A stretch of 64,000 bases of DNA from Defluviitaleaceae bacterium (lineage in GTDB: Bacteria; Bacillota; Clostridia; Lachnospirales; WRAX01): the NCBI GenBank assembly GCA_009779935.1, contig WRAX01000001.1, positions 37,758 through 101,757 on the forward strand. The letters run 5' to 3'. The notes under the pieces were generated by a model. It saw only the letters and a program-made list of their open reading frames with translations. It did not search any database and was not told the origin of the DNA. Position 1 is the stretch's first letter. Each line of letters opens with the position of its first letter. Shown piece after piece: positions 1 through 10,013 of this stretch. Both the position numbers and the translations under genes were made by a program.

Positions 1-1335
1 GCTAAACGCATAATCCACCATTTCCAAGGCCAAGCCTAACTGCAACGGGTTAATCCCCCCAAGCATGGTTTCCAAATCAAAGGTTTCCGCTAAAAGCTCC
101 CTAAACGCATATTCAAAAGCCGTATCCACATTCCAGCTGGTAAAAATATTATAGGCGGCTTGCACACGAAATGCATGCTCTGCTTCCCATTGCATGCGCA
201 ACAAAACCTCAAAATTCTGCAAAATATCTTGATACACATCAAAAAAATCATCCGCCGCCCAAAGGGTAAATGGGGCACTCATCCTCTCCAAGGCCTCCAA
301 ATTTTGGCTAATTTGGGTCATATCCACGGCCTCCACATCATCCCCAAAGGAATTAAGCCAGGAATATCCTGTGTAAACATCAAAGGTTGCCCCCGTTAAA
401 TAAATTAGCCCGCCAATTTCCCGCCTGTCGGGGCTTATGCGCATAAACACACGGTTGTTGGTGGCAACATTTCCCCCAAGCTGCCTTCCGCCGCCACCCC
501 CAAAGCCCGTTTGCGCCAGGGAAAAATGGCGGGGTTGCAAAAATGCCGCTATTTGGTCATTTACGGCATTAAATGGGCGTGTTATCAATGTTTCCCGCAT
601 CCTTGCAGCATGTCCCGCCTCGGGGGATGGTATGACAATTGCAGGTATCAGCACAATTGCCGTAATAGGCACTGCATATAGGGAAAAGGGCGTTTTTTTG
701 TTGTTTTTGCCCAGGGTTTTCATATTAAGATGGCGGATAAGGTAGGCAATGATGCAAAAAACATACACATAAAAACCAAAATCATAAATAAACAGTCCCG
801 AGCTAAACATAATGCCCATGGTTACAGCGGATACCGCCAATAGGGCATAAAAGTTAAACCACAACAAACCAAAAGCCATAACAAAAATACCCAAAACAAT
901 AGCCAGCGTCCACACGATAACCATGTCATATTCCGGGGTGTAGCTAATAAAGCCTGTGGCATAGCGTATTGCACCTGATATGGGCTGGAAAATGTTTTGG
1001 ACAATGGTGGTGTGGTTTGCAGCTTCATATACATCACTTGGCACCAAAAACAGGGCATCTACCGCCAAAATAGCAATGGCAACCACCGCCACAATGCCGC
1101 TGAAAATTAGGGTGTATTTGTTGTAGAAAATTATCCACAAAGCGGCCATCACCGCAAAAGCCCGCCATAGGGCGGCGGCAGGGAAGAAGTTAAGCTCCGT
1201 CCCGCTGATGATGGTGATTGATAAGCTCCAAACAAGCAATGTGCCAACGGTTAGCAAAAACAGCCCTTCTTGCCACTTAAATTTGCTTACCTTTAACTTT
1301 ATGCTAAAGCTATTAGCATCCCTTTCATCAAACAT
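1..1335 (-). CDS. Multi-pass membrane protein, N-terminal part only (3' end lies beyond the window start). Probably the transglutaminase-domain (TgpA-like) partner of the MoxR/DUF58 operon.
   Basis: The minus-strand frame is open from ATG at 1335-1333 to position 1. It is absent from the ORF track because there is no stop in the window. GGAGG precedes the ATG, and the ATG overlaps the DUF58 stop (ATGTTTGA). Translation gives several hydrophobic helices followed by a soluble region. The call rests on the MoxR-DUF58-TGase operon context. Confidence 0.55.
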   Translation of the reverse strand, partial: MFDERDANSFSIKLKVSKFKWQEGLFLLTVGTLLVWSLSITIISGTELNFFPAAALWRAFAVMAALWIIFYNKYTLIFSGIVAVVAIAILAVDALFLVPSDVYEAANHTTIVQNIFQPISGAIRYATGFISYTPEYDMVIVWTLAIVLGIFVMAFGLLWFNFYALLAVSAVTMGIMFSSGLFIYDFGFYVYVFCIIAYLIRHLNMKTLGKNNKKTPFSLYAVPITAIVLIPAIVIPSPEAGHAARMRETLITRPFNAVNDQIAAFLQPRHFSLAQTGFGGGGGRQLGGNVATNNRVFMRISPDRREIGGLIYLTGATFDVYTGYSWLNSFGDDVEAVDMTQISQNLEALERMSAPFTLWAADDFFDVYQDILQNFEVLLRMQWEAEHAFRVQAAYNIFTSWNVDTAFEYAFRELLAETFDLETMLGGINPLQLGLALEMVDYAFS

Positions 1336-2488
1336 AATAGTACCTCCGAAAATCCACACAAAACACATCCATATCCCGCAAAACCTCTATTTTTTCCATC
1401 TGGTCCTGCTTGGGCTCTTCGCAATACAGCAAAATCACATTACAGCCAAACATGCGCAGGTTTTGCACACTTGCCAAAATCCCCTCCGCCACCCGTTTAA
1501 CGATTATTACAATGTTTTCCACATCACTTTGCACATTAAAGAAAGTGGCAAAGCGGGCTTCAAAATCCCTTGGGGCAAATTGGTTAAAGTGGATATCGCA
1601 TGCTTGTTTATACAAAAAATCAAAACTACCGCTATGCTCCTGCATAAAACCTTCATCCATGCCAAGGTAAATAAGCTGGCACAGTTGCTGCCTTGCCACC
1701 GCCTGGGACAGGGTGGACACTAAGGCCTCCATCATCATATCTTCAATAATTGCGGGGTTAAGCCCGCTAATTTTGGAATTATCAATTATAAAAGTTGTGG
1801 AACTGCGCTTAAAGTTTTGGAAGTTTTTACTAATTAACTCATTTTTCTTAGCGGACACTTTCCAGTGGATTTTTTTGTAACCATCAGTTGGCTGATACTT
1901 GCGCAAATCGGCGATAATGGCGTAATCTTCTTGTTGGTTTAGGTTTTGTGCCCCATCCACGCCGCCTTGGGCAAGCGCCAGCGGCAAGCTATCCATATCC
2001 ACAACCTTTGGCCGCACTTCCACTGATAAAACTTCATCAAACTTTTGCTTAAAGGCAAAAAGCCCTAAAAAATCATACAAAACAATATCCGACAGCCCAA
2101 TTTCAAAATTACCCCTATATTTAGCGGATAAATTAAAAACCACCTGCGCAGAACCCCGTGCGGAAAGGGAGAAAAACTGCTCCTCAAAATCCGCTGAAAT
2201 GGCGGCAGAGCTCGCCCTAAACCTCGCCCGCACTGATGACACGGGCAAAACAGCACGGTTGCCCACCGTAAGCAAGTACTGGGTGGCATCCCCCTTGATA
2301 ATAACTGCATCCGCCACCCGCTGGCTTATGCTAAGCCGCCGCCGCAAAACCAAACCAAGCCCCAGCGAAAGCAAGGGCAAAGCCAAAACGGCATACAAAG
2401 CCATATATGTAATTGCATCATCATACAGATACACCAGCAGCAGCATCACAACCACTACCACTATGTACGTTAAGCGATTTTTAGCCAT
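1328..2488 (-). CDS. DUF58 domain protein (MoxR-associated, vWA-like)
   Basis: 386-aa ORF with an N-terminal pair of TM helices and then a DUF58-like body. RBS AAGGGA. It lies in an operon with the MoxR ATPase. Confidence 0.7.
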   Translation of the reverse strand: MAKNRLTYIVVVVVMLLLVYLYDDAITYMALYAVLALPLLSLGLGLVLRRRLSISQRVADAVIIKGDATQYLLTVGNRAVLPVSSVRARFRASSAAISADFEEQFFSLSARGSAQVVFNLSAKYRGNFEIGLSDIVLYDFLGLFAFKQKFDEVLSVEVRPKVVDMDSLPLALAQGGVDGAQNLNQQEDYAIIADLRKYQPTDGYKKIHWKVSAKKNELISKNFQNFKRSSTTFIIDNSKISGLNPAIIEDMMMEALVSTLSQAVARQQLCQLIYLGMDEGFMQEHSGSFDFLYKQACDIHFNQFAPRDFEARFATFFNVQSDVENIVIIVKRVAEGILASVQNLRMFGCNVILLYCEEPKQDQMEKIEVLRDMDVFCVDFRRYYYV

Positions 2489-2510
2489 TTTAATCCCTTG
2501 TCCTTTGTAA

Positions 2511-3038
2511 TCAGCTAATTACTTTTTTATCCAAAAGCTCTTTGTAAGCATTTTCGATAGTTGCAATGTCAAAATGGGGCTTGATGTCTTTTACCACACC
2601 AAAAATGGTGTCACCACCTCCCCCCCATCCATGTTTTTCAAATCTGTTTGCCACATATACAATGGTTGATAAAAGCTCCAGTCGGGTTGCTGTTTCGTGT
2701 CCAAACAAATTAATAACAGCATCAATCTTCTCCTGGTCTTCTTCTGACAAGTCTTTAACAATCCCCTTAGAATTTTCAGTTAAATTAATTTTGTAGCCGG
2801 AATAACCATCGGCAATATAAAACTCTGTATCAGCCAAACCTTCAAATGCCACAGCATCCAAATCCTCTAAAACTTCGCCATCATAAGGGCCATAGGTGTA
2901 AATATTAAAGTCGTAATCCAAATCCATATCAAAAGATTCTTGCAAAAAGAATACAAATTTCATCAAGGCAGTTTTGCCCATATCCGGCCTTTGCTTTATC
3001 AGGTTTAGTATTATGTTTTTATTGCAGTCCAAACTCAT
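2511..3038 (-). CDS. YwgA-like small protein (DUF4065/Panacea-like fold suspected)
   Basis: 175 aa. The motif KTALMKFVFFLQ...YTYGPYDGEVLEDLD resembles B. subtilis YwgA and the KLqKLlY...yGPv pattern of DUF4065. Its start lies 1 nt after the stop of the HD gene. Confidence 0.5.
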   Translation of the reverse strand: MSLDCNKNIILNLIKQRPDMGKTALMKFVFFLQESFDMDLDYDFNIYTYGPYDGEVLEDLDAVAFEGLADTEFYIADGYSGYKINLTENSKGIVKDLSEEDQEKIDAVINLFGHETATRLELLSTIVYVANRFEKHGWGGGGDTIFGVVKDIKPHFDIATIENAYKELLDKKVIS

Positions 3039-3039
3039 C

Positions 3040-4311
3040 CTACTCCCTCCCTAAGGGGCATAAAACCTTATTATTTTTCGGCTGACCAATTTTGGTTATC
3101 ATGTCAGAAATTTCGCTTAAAGGCACTGTGATGCCATCACCTCTCAGTATATGTATTTCTTTCTCTCTATCCTTTGATTTGTAATAGTCGGTTACTGCGC
3201 CTTCATCGATGAAATAATCACTGTGTTTCTTTTTAAGCTTTCTTGTATCGCTATCAAACTTCTTTCTATCGTTTTTCTCATCTCTAATTTTCCAAGGGCT
3301 GGGTCTCTTTTCTTTGTAATGGTTGCGGTCTATAATAATATCACCATGTACACCGCCATCGCCCTTAGCCATGGCACTTATAACACTATAGTCATCAAAC
3401 TTAAAGTATTCATTAAGTTTGATGGGGTCATCTGAAGGGGGAGGGAAAAGCCCATCTTTTAATCCAGAGGCTTTTAGAACATCTTTCAAAGCTCTCTCAG
3501 CATGGCAATCGTAAGCCCGCCTTACTTTGTGAAAGTATACGGAAGAAAACATGCTGTATCTTGCCATCACCATATGTTCTGCCATTTGCAAACCACTTTC
3601 TTTTATAGCCAAAATAGCTGAGTTGCCCTCGGTTTTTCCAACAGTTATGCATCTTATAAATCTTTCTTTGTCATATTCTCCGTAACGCACACCCAAGTGA
3701 TATGAGTCACGTAATAAATAGTCAGCTCTATCCGCATCCATTTGGCTGCTTATCAAGCCCTTCAAGGCAATAAGGTATTTTGGAGGTTTTATGTCCTCAC
3801 CGATAAGATAACAAACCTCATCCACCGTAATGCCGTAAGCATTACCTTCGATAATCGACTTAAAAAACACTCTAATGGCTTTCACGCTATATGTTTCGTG
3901 CTTATACTGCTTCTTTTTGTTTTTTGGTAAAAAAGGCATCATCTTCTCACCGGCATGGGCAAAGCAAGGGTGGCCCACATCATGTAACAAAGCTGCCAAC
4001 CTTACAATTTTTCTTACCCTTGTTACATTATCCACGGTTAAACCTAACTTTTCAAGGTTTTGCTCGTCAGATGCAAGGCTGTTAAGCATTTCTGTAGCCA
4101 TGTACATAACTCCAAGAGAATGTTCAAACCTTGTATGTGTAGCAGATGGGTACACCATATCGGTCAAGGCAAGCTGTTTGATGCGTTTTAACCTTTGAAA
4201 AATGCGATGGTTAATAATTTCTGTTTCCAGCTCATCAAGCTCAATAAAACCATGTATGGGGCATCTGATTTTTGTTGTTTTGCCCTTCTCTGTTTCTGTT
4301 GATTTGCCCAA
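3040..4311 (-). CDS. HD-domain phosphohydrolase, SAMHD1/EF1143/YwfO-like putative dNTP triphosphohydrolase
   Basis: 423 aa with a TTG start and RBS AGGGGG. The N-terminus (PIHGFIELDELE...FQRLKRIKQL...THTRFEHSLGV...LLHDVGHPCFAH) matches the SAMHD1-type HD signature. Confidence 0.75.
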   Translation of the reverse strand: MGKSTETEKGKTTKIRCPIHGFIELDELETEIINHRIFQRLKRIKQLALTDMVYPSATHTRFEHSLGVMYMATEMLNSLASDEQNLEKLGLTVDNVTRVRKIVRLAALLHDVGHPCFAHAGEKMMPFLPKNKKKQYKHETYSVKAIRVFFKSIIEGNAYGITVDEVCYLIGEDIKPPKYLIALKGLISSQMDADRADYLLRDSYHLGVRYGEYDKERFIRCITVGKTEGNSAILAIKESGLQMAEHMVMARYSMFSSVYFHKVRRAYDCHAERALKDVLKASGLKDGLFPPPSDDPIKLNEYFKFDDYSVISAMAKGDGGVHGDIIIDRNHYKEKRPSPWKIRDEKNDRKKFDSDTRKLKKKHSDYFIDEGAVTDYYKSKDREKEIHILRGDGITVPLSEISDMITKIGQPKNNKVLCPLGRE

Positions 4312-4320
4312 ATTAACCCC

Positions 4321-5256
4321 CTATGTAACTTTAACGGTTTTTAAGATGCCTTCAACCGCCTGTTTCGCATCAATACGGCGCAAACGTGCTTCCTGCTTCA
4401 TCACAAGGCGGTGTGCAAGCACCGGCATGGCCATTTTAAGCACATCATCGGGTATTACATAGTCCCTGCGGCTGTACATGGCCCAGGCTTGGCTGGCTTT
4501 GTACAGGCACAGGCTGGCACGGGGGCTTGCGCCAAGGGCAATGTCGGCATTTTCACGGGTTGCCCTTACTATATCAATTATATACTTATTAATTTCACCA
4601 CTTACGCCGATTTTGGTTACTGCTTCTTGCGCCTCTTCCAATTGCTTGGTGTTGGCAACGGATTGTAGGGTTTTCATGGGATTTTCTTCCTTAAAGCGGG
4701 TTAGCATTTGCCCTTCTTCGCCGGCACTGGGATATCCGAGGGATATACGCATAAAAAAGCGGTCCAGCTGAGCCTCCGGCAATGGGTATGTGCCTAAATA
4801 TTCGATGGGATTTTGGGTGGCAAAAACGATGAAGGGGGTTGGCACGGTATAGGTTTTGCCATCCACCGTAACTTGGTTTTCCTCCATTACCTCCAAAAGT
4901 GCCGCTTGTGTTTTGGGGGATGTGCGGTTAATCTCGTCCGCAAGCACAATTTGGGACATTACCGCCCCTTGGTGATAATCAAATTCCCCTGTTTTTTGGT
5001 TAAACATGGAAAAGCCCGTAATATCCGACGGTAAAATGTCCGGTGTAAACTGTATACGTCTAAAACTTGCATCAAAAGACTTGGCAAGGGCAGAAACCAG
5101 CGATGTTTTGCCAACCCCGGGCATATCCTCTATCAGCACATGGCCTTGGCATAAAAATGAACACAAAGCCATTTCAATAGCTTCCCGCTTGCCAATAATT
5201 ACCTTTTCTACATTTTCCACAACAGCCTGCATCATTGCATTTATTTGTTCTGACAT
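4321..5256 (-). CDS. MoxR-family AAA+ ATPase
   Basis: 311 aa with Walker A (GVGKT) and the typical MoxR length and sequence (LADEINR, RASLCL...). Confidence 0.9.
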   Translation of the reverse strand: MSEQINAMMQAVVENVEKVIIGKREAIEMALCSFLCQGHVLIEDMPGVGKTSLVSALAKSFDASFRRIQFTPDILPSDITGFSMFNQKTGEFDYHQGAVMSQIVLADEINRTSPKTQAALLEVMEENQVTVDGKTYTVPTPFIVFATQNPIEYLGTYPLPEAQLDRFFMRISLGYPSAGEEGQMLTRFKEENPMKTLQSVANTKQLEEAQEAVTKIGVSGEINKYIIDIVRATRENADIALGASPRASLCLYKASQAWAMYSRRDYVIPDDVLKMAMPVLAHRLVMKQEARLRRIDAKQAVEGILKTVKVT

Positions 5257-5362
5257 TTAACTGCCCCCTACATTTTTTTCAATTTTTGAATTGGAAACTA
5301 AATAGACATTACTAAAAACGTCATATCACCGTTTTTTACAATGTATTTTCATAATCCAATAT

Positions 5363-5614
5363 CTAAACCTCCCGCATCAGCTGGTAAATCTCCTCTTTTG
5401 TAGCAAGCATTGGTGTGCCGTCCGGGTTTAGCAGGGGTGTCATAAAAGTGCCTCCCACCATCACATTGGCAAGGCATATAAACTTCATGCGGCTTTCAAT
5501 ATGTATCACTTCTGTAAAGGTAGAGCCTGCAGCACTGCTTTTTTTGGATACCTCTAAGTTTTTGAACAGCAAGTCCGGGCGTTTTCTTTCCTTATCTTTA
5601 TCTTTTCTAAACAT
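5363..5614 (-). CDS. Small hypothetical protein (DUF6440-like, tentative)
   Basis: 83-aa ORF. The C-terminal GGTFMTPLLNPDGTPM resembles the motif I recall for DUF6440. Confidence 0.4.
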   Translation of the reverse strand: MFRKDKDKERKRPDLLFKNLEVSKKSSAAGSTFTEVIHIESRMKFICLANVMVGGTFMTPLLNPDGTPMLATKEEIYQLMREV

Positions 5615-5629
5615 AACTTCATCCTCCGT

Positions 5630-6991
5630 CTATAATTTAGCAATCGCTGTTTTAATTCTATCCACGCTTTCGTTTTTACCAAATATAACCAACAAATCCG
5701 TTGCACCCCCCGGGGATGCTTCTTTGCCTGACAAGGCACAGCGCAAAGGCCACATTATTTGGGCAGGCTTAATCCCTTCGGTTTCTGCAAATCCTTTTAT
5801 CATGGGGGAAATGGCTTCCGCCGTCCAATCCGTCAGCTCTTCAATTTGTGGTATGATTTTACTTAACATGTCCTTTGCAACTGCTTCATCCACCTTATTT
5901 TTTGGGTTAACAAAAAGCTGATTGTCATAATCAGGCAATTGCGCTACAAAATCCATCATTTCGGGTATTTCGGCAAGCACAGCAATGCGGTCTTTTACAA
6001 GTGTTGCAAGGGCTTTTTTGTCCACATTATCATAGTTAAGATAGGGTAAGGCCAGTGGGTAAAAATCATCCACACACATTGCCTTCAAATATTCGCCATT
6101 CATCCACTTTAATTTTCCTAAATCAAAGGTGGAAGGTGACTTGGAAAGCCCCTCCACACTAAAAATCTGTTCCAGCTCCGATAGGCTGTAAATTTCACGG
6201 TTTTCCGGGGGGCTCCAACCTAACAGCGCAATGTAATTTACAATGGCTTCGGGTAAAAAGCCTTGCTCCAAAAAATCCTCAAAAAAGGCATCTCCCCGCC
6301 GCTTGGACAGCTTACCCCCATCCGCACTTAAAATTAAAGGCAAGTGCACATATGTGGGCACTTCCCAGCCAAAAGCTTGGTACAGCAGGTTATATTTTGG
6401 GGTGCTTGGCAAATATTCACTACCCCGCATCACATGGGTTATTTCCATCAAATGGTCATCCACCACATTTGCGAAGTTGTAGGTAGGAAAGCCGTCAGAC
6501 TTAATCAAAACTTGATTTTCAAGCTCATTATTGTTAACGGTTATTTCACCAAAAACTTCATCAACAAAAGCCGTCTGCCCTTCTTTTGGAATAACCTGCC
6601 GGATAACGTGGGGCTGGCTGGCATCACCTGCCGTATTTTGGCAGGCACAATCCGCAGGGTCATCTTCCTTATCACAAAAACAGCGATAAGCAAAACCCCC
6701 GTCAAGCAACTGCCGGGCATACTTCATATAAACATTTTCCCGTTGGCTTTGGATGTACGGGCCATAATCGCCCCCCACATCAGGCCCCTCATCATGGGTT
6801 ATGCCTGCAATTTTCAGCGTTTCGTAAATCTTTTCTATGGCACCTTCCACCAACCGCTCTTGGTCAGTATCTTCAATGCGCAGGGCAAAAACCCCGCCCA
6901 TCTTCCGTGCCAGCAAATACCCAAATAAAGCTGACCGTAAATTACCAATATGCATAAACCCCGTGGGTGACGGGGCAAAACGTGTTCTCAA
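5630..6991 (-). CDS. gltX: Glutamate--tRNA ligase
   Basis: RFAPSPTGFMHIGN (HIGH) and KLSKR (KMSKS) motifs. The ORF track starts at GTG 7000, but TTG at 6991 has better spacing to AGGAG. Confidence 0.95.
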   Translation of the reverse strand: MRTRFAPSPTGFMHIGNLRSALFGYLLARKMGGVFALRIEDTDQERLVEGAIEKIYETLKIAGITHDEGPDVGGDYGPYIQSQRENVYMKYARQLLDGGFAYRCFCDKEDDPADCACQNTAGDASQPHVIRQVIPKEGQTAFVDEVFGEITVNNNELENQVLIKSDGFPTYNFANVVDDHLMEITHVMRGSEYLPSTPKYNLLYQAFGWEVPTYVHLPLILSADGGKLSKRRGDAFFEDFLEQGFLPEAIVNYIALLGWSPPENREIYSLSELEQIFSVEGLSKSPSTFDLGKLKWMNGEYLKAMCVDDFYPLALPYLNYDNVDKKALATLVKDRIAVLAEIPEMMDFVAQLPDYDNQLFVNPKNKVDEAVAKDMLSKIIPQIEELTDWTAEAISPMIKGFAETEGIKPAQIMWPLRCALSGKEASPGGATDLLVIFGKNESVDRIKTAIAKL

Positions 6992-7068
6992 TCCAATCAC
7001 TCCTAACTTGTAATATAATTGTAACTTAAAACTTGAAAAAAGTAAAGTAAAATTTACAACCCCTTATA

Positions 7069-7098
7069 TTGACGAAGCCTGTGGCTGTGTGGTATAAT
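7069..7098 (+). promoter_or_regulatory. Sigma-A type promoter (TTGACG-18-TGgTATAAT)
   Basis: -35 at 7069-7074. Extended -10 with TATAAT at 7093-7098. It lies upstream of the YheC/D-like gene. Confidence 0.6.
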
Positions 7099-7129
7099 GT
7101 ATGGGCTGATAGATTTAGGGGGTTGGGAA

Positions 7130-8224
7130 ATGGACGAGAAGTTGATTGATGTTGGTGTTTTGTTGCCTGCGGCTCATATGAAGAAATATACAAGACCGAT
7201 TCCCTACTGTTTTTCGGGATTGTTTCCAAAAGGTAGGGATATAGCAAGAAAAAATGGCATAAACCTATTTATGTTTAGCGTTGATGGCATCGATCCCACA
7301 GCAAAAACAATAAACGGCCGTTTTTTCGATAGAAAAGGTAGGCCATACAGGGATACGATAGGCTACCCTGCCATTGTGGACAACTTTACTCCGGGTCATG
7401 CCATTAGAAGCAAAGCATTAAATCACCTATCAAAGTTTGCAACATTCACCCGCTCTTTAACGAAAGAAACGAAAAAAGAAAAAATGGATGCCATGAGTCA
7501 AATTAAAAGCCTGCAACCATTTTTGACAATGGAAAACGACATAATACACTCGCAAGAAGATTTAATGGCATCACTTTCAAAAAATGGAGGAAGTGTTTTT
7601 GTAAAGCCAGCATCAGGCGGAGGAGGAATAACAACCAGCCGCTCCATGTACGCCAAAATAATCCAAAATGGTGACATTATAACTATCACCGACAACGAAG
7701 GGGAGCGAACACTGACTAAAGAAGAGATGTCTGAATTTTACCAAAACACTTTTGCTAAATTCTCACACGTGTCAGAATCTTTTATAAATTCTACTGCAAA
7801 AAATGGTGATGCGCTTGTTTTGCGCCTTACCATTAAAAGAGGTGCAGAAGGCAAGTTTGTGAACACGGCCTACTATTGCACAACAACCCCGGGAGTTACC
7901 GCCAAACTAAACGCAAGGGGATCTGTACAAAAACCTGCGGAGTCATTTTTGGATGAGGAGTTTTTGGAGCACAAGGAGCACATAGAAGAACAAGTTGCAA
8001 TGATACGCTCCATACTTATTAATGAATTTGCCTATTACAGGGGCAGAGAAATTTTTAATTTTGGTATTGATTTGGGAATAGAGGCGAAGACGAACGGAAA
8101 GCCTGTGGTGAAAATTTTTGAAGTTAATATAGGCTCGGTAGCAGTTCGTGATGCCCAGTTAAATGCAGAGGTTTGCTTTGGCTATTACAAATACCTTAAC
8201 AAAAAGCGTCAACAGAATTTATAG
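7130..8224 (+). CDS. YheC/YheD-family ATP-grasp protein
   Basis: The internal ATG at 7130 follows AGGGGG, whereas the ORF-track start at 7097 lies inside the -10 box. The motifs VFVKPASGGGG and YPAIVDN fit the YheC/D pattern. Confidence 0.6.
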   Translation: MDEKLIDVGVLLPAAHMKKYTRPIPYCFSGLFPKGRDIARKNGINLFMFSVDGIDPTAKTINGRFFDRKGRPYRDTIGYPAIVDNFTPGHAIRSKALNHLSKFATFTRSLTKETKKEKMDAMSQIKSLQPFLTMENDIIHSQEDLMASLSKNGGSVFVKPASGGGGITTSRSMYAKIIQNGDIITITDNEGERTLTKEEMSEFYQNTFAKFSHVSESFINSTAKNGDALVLRLTIKRGAEGKFVNTAYYCTTTPGVTAKLNARGSVQKPAESFLDEEFLEHKEHIEEQVAMIRSILINEFAYYRGREIFNFGIDLGIEAKTNGKPVVKIFEVNIGSVAVRDAQLNAEVCFGYYKYLNKKRQQNL

Positions 8225-8242
8225 AAAGAGGGAATCACATCA

Positions 8243-8980
8243 ATGGCAGGACATTCCAAATTCGCAAACATTAAACATAAAAAGGAAAAGCAAGACAGCA
8301 AGCGTGCCAAGCTGTTTACCAAGTTTGGCAAGGAGATTTCTGTGGCGGTAAAGCTTGGTGGCTCGGATATATCCACAAACAGCCGCTTGAAGGATGTTAT
8401 TACCAAGGCAAGGGCAAATAATATGCCCAATGATAATATTGACCGTGCCATTAAAAAAGCGGCGGGGGATAAGGGCAGTGCTAATTTTGAAGCGGCCACA
8501 TACGAGGGGTTTGGCCCATCAGGGGTTGCTGTTATCGTGGAAACCCTTACAGACAACAAAACACGCACCGTAAGCAATGTGCGTGCATCTTTTAATAAGG
8601 GCGAGGGTAATTTAGGCGTTAGCGGCTCTGTTGCCTTTCAATTTGACCATATTGGGCAAATTACCGTGCTTGCCGCCGATGATATTTGTGAAGAAGATTT
8701 GATGATGCTTACCATAGATGCAGGGGCAACAGACTTTACCGCCGAAGATGAGGGTTATGTGATAACTACCGAGCCCTTAGGGCTTGGGGCGGTGCTGGAA
8801 GCCATGGAAGCGGCAAATATCCCTGTGCTGACAGCAGAAGTGATAATGCAGCCACACATGTACACAAAGCTAACAAACCCGCTGGATATTAAAAATATGA
8901 ACAAAATACTTAATGCCCTTGAAGATGACGATGATGTGCAGGCGGTTTTCCATAACTGGGAAGATGGCGATGGCAACTAA
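8243..8980 (+). CDS. yebC: YebC/PmpR-family transcriptional regulator
   Basis: MAGHSKFANIKHKKEKQD... is the canonical N-terminus. 245 aa. Confidence 0.95.
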   Translation: MAGHSKFANIKHKKEKQDSKRAKLFTKFGKEISVAVKLGGSDISTNSRLKDVITKARANNMPNDNIDRAIKKAAGDKGSANFEAATYEGFGPSGVAVIVETLTDNKTRTVSNVRASFNKGEGNLGVSGSVAFQFDHIGQITVLAADDICEEDLMMLTIDAGATDFTAEDEGYVITTEPLGLGAVLEAMEAANIPVLTAEVIMQPHMYTKLTNPLDIKNMNKILNALEDDDDVQAVFHNWEDGDGN

Positions 8981-10013
8981 GGTTAAAAGCACTGCCAAAA
9001 ACATTATATTGGTTATTTTAGCAGGGGTTTGCCTTGCTTTGGTGGTTAGGCTGTGGTATGGGGAATTGCCCTTGCACGGCCTTATTCCCGTTGTAGGGGG
9101 AGAGGCCACAGGGATTAACCCTTGGGACGAAGCATCTGCCCAATTAATGCTATCATCTGCCCGTTTGGCAATTTATCAACAGGGCGAGACGGACTTTGTG
9201 TACAACAACCTGCAAAGCCATATGGGATGGCAATTAATTACCGATGCCATGCGCAGGCTTATTGAGGAGGGTGACTTTGTATCTGCCGCAGCTGTGCAAA
9301 GTGGCACGGATGGCCTATCCATACAATACAATTTCCCCATGCCCTCCAACTTTTTTAGAGAATCTTTCGGCAGGCGGCCGGGCTTTTTATCTTCCCATTT
9401 TGATGATTTTGAAAGCCTGCGCATAACCCCAACAGGGGGCGGACTGGAATTTGTATTCACAAGCAAATCTGCGGAAGACGGCTTCCTGTTCATCTTAGAG
9501 CAAAGCCCCTTATATAGCGAATTTACCCATTTTTTATCCAGCCACATAAAACAGCAAAGCACGCCCAATATACAATATGTAAGCCCCATCGGCACATTAT
9601 CACTTAGTGCGGTAAACCCTCATATCAGCTTTCTTTTCCCCAATCCTGCCGCCATAAGCCAAGCCAGCATCAATGGCATTTTCACTTACAGCGATAATCG
9701 CCGTGTTGCCCGCTTTTTCCCTAATAATGTGGTGGAATTTAATGCAATCCCAAACCCCGGGCCTTTGGGAGATTTTGCCCAATCCCTTTTGGTGGCTTTT
9801 GACATGATAAGCGGGGATAGCATAGGAAACGGGATCATATTGAGCCATTATGAACACAATGCGGATTCCGGCCGCTGGCATTTTTATTTTGACTACACTT
9901 TGAACCATAAAACCATACCCTTGGAACGTGCGCCCTTAGAAGTGCATGTATTGCGGCGGGATGTGGTTTTTTACCGACGACTTATGCTGGATTTTTTTGA
10001 GGAAGACATATGA
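8964..10013 (+). CDS. Membrane-anchored extracytoplasmic protein (YycH-like, tentative)
   Basis: The likely start is ATG 8964, overlapping the yebC end. It has a single N-terminal TM (IILVILAGVCLALVVRLW) and a large external domain. Confidence 0.35.
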   Translation: MAMATKVKSTAKNIILVILAGVCLALVVRLWYGELPLHGLIPVVGGEATGINPWDEASAQLMLSSARLAIYQQGETDFVYNNLQSHMGWQLITDAMRRLIEEGDFVSAAAVQSGTDGLSIQYNFPMPSNFFRESFGRRPGFLSSHFDDFESLRITPTGGGLEFVFTSKSAEDGFLFILEQSPLYSEFTHFLSSHIKQQSTPNIQYVSPIGTLSLSAVNPHISFLFPNPAAISQASINGIFTYSDNRRVARFFPNNVVEFNAIPNPGPLGDFAQSLLVAFDMISGDSIGNGIILSHYEHNADSGRWHFYFDYTLNHKTIPLERAPLEVHVLRRDVVFYRRLMLDFFEEDI

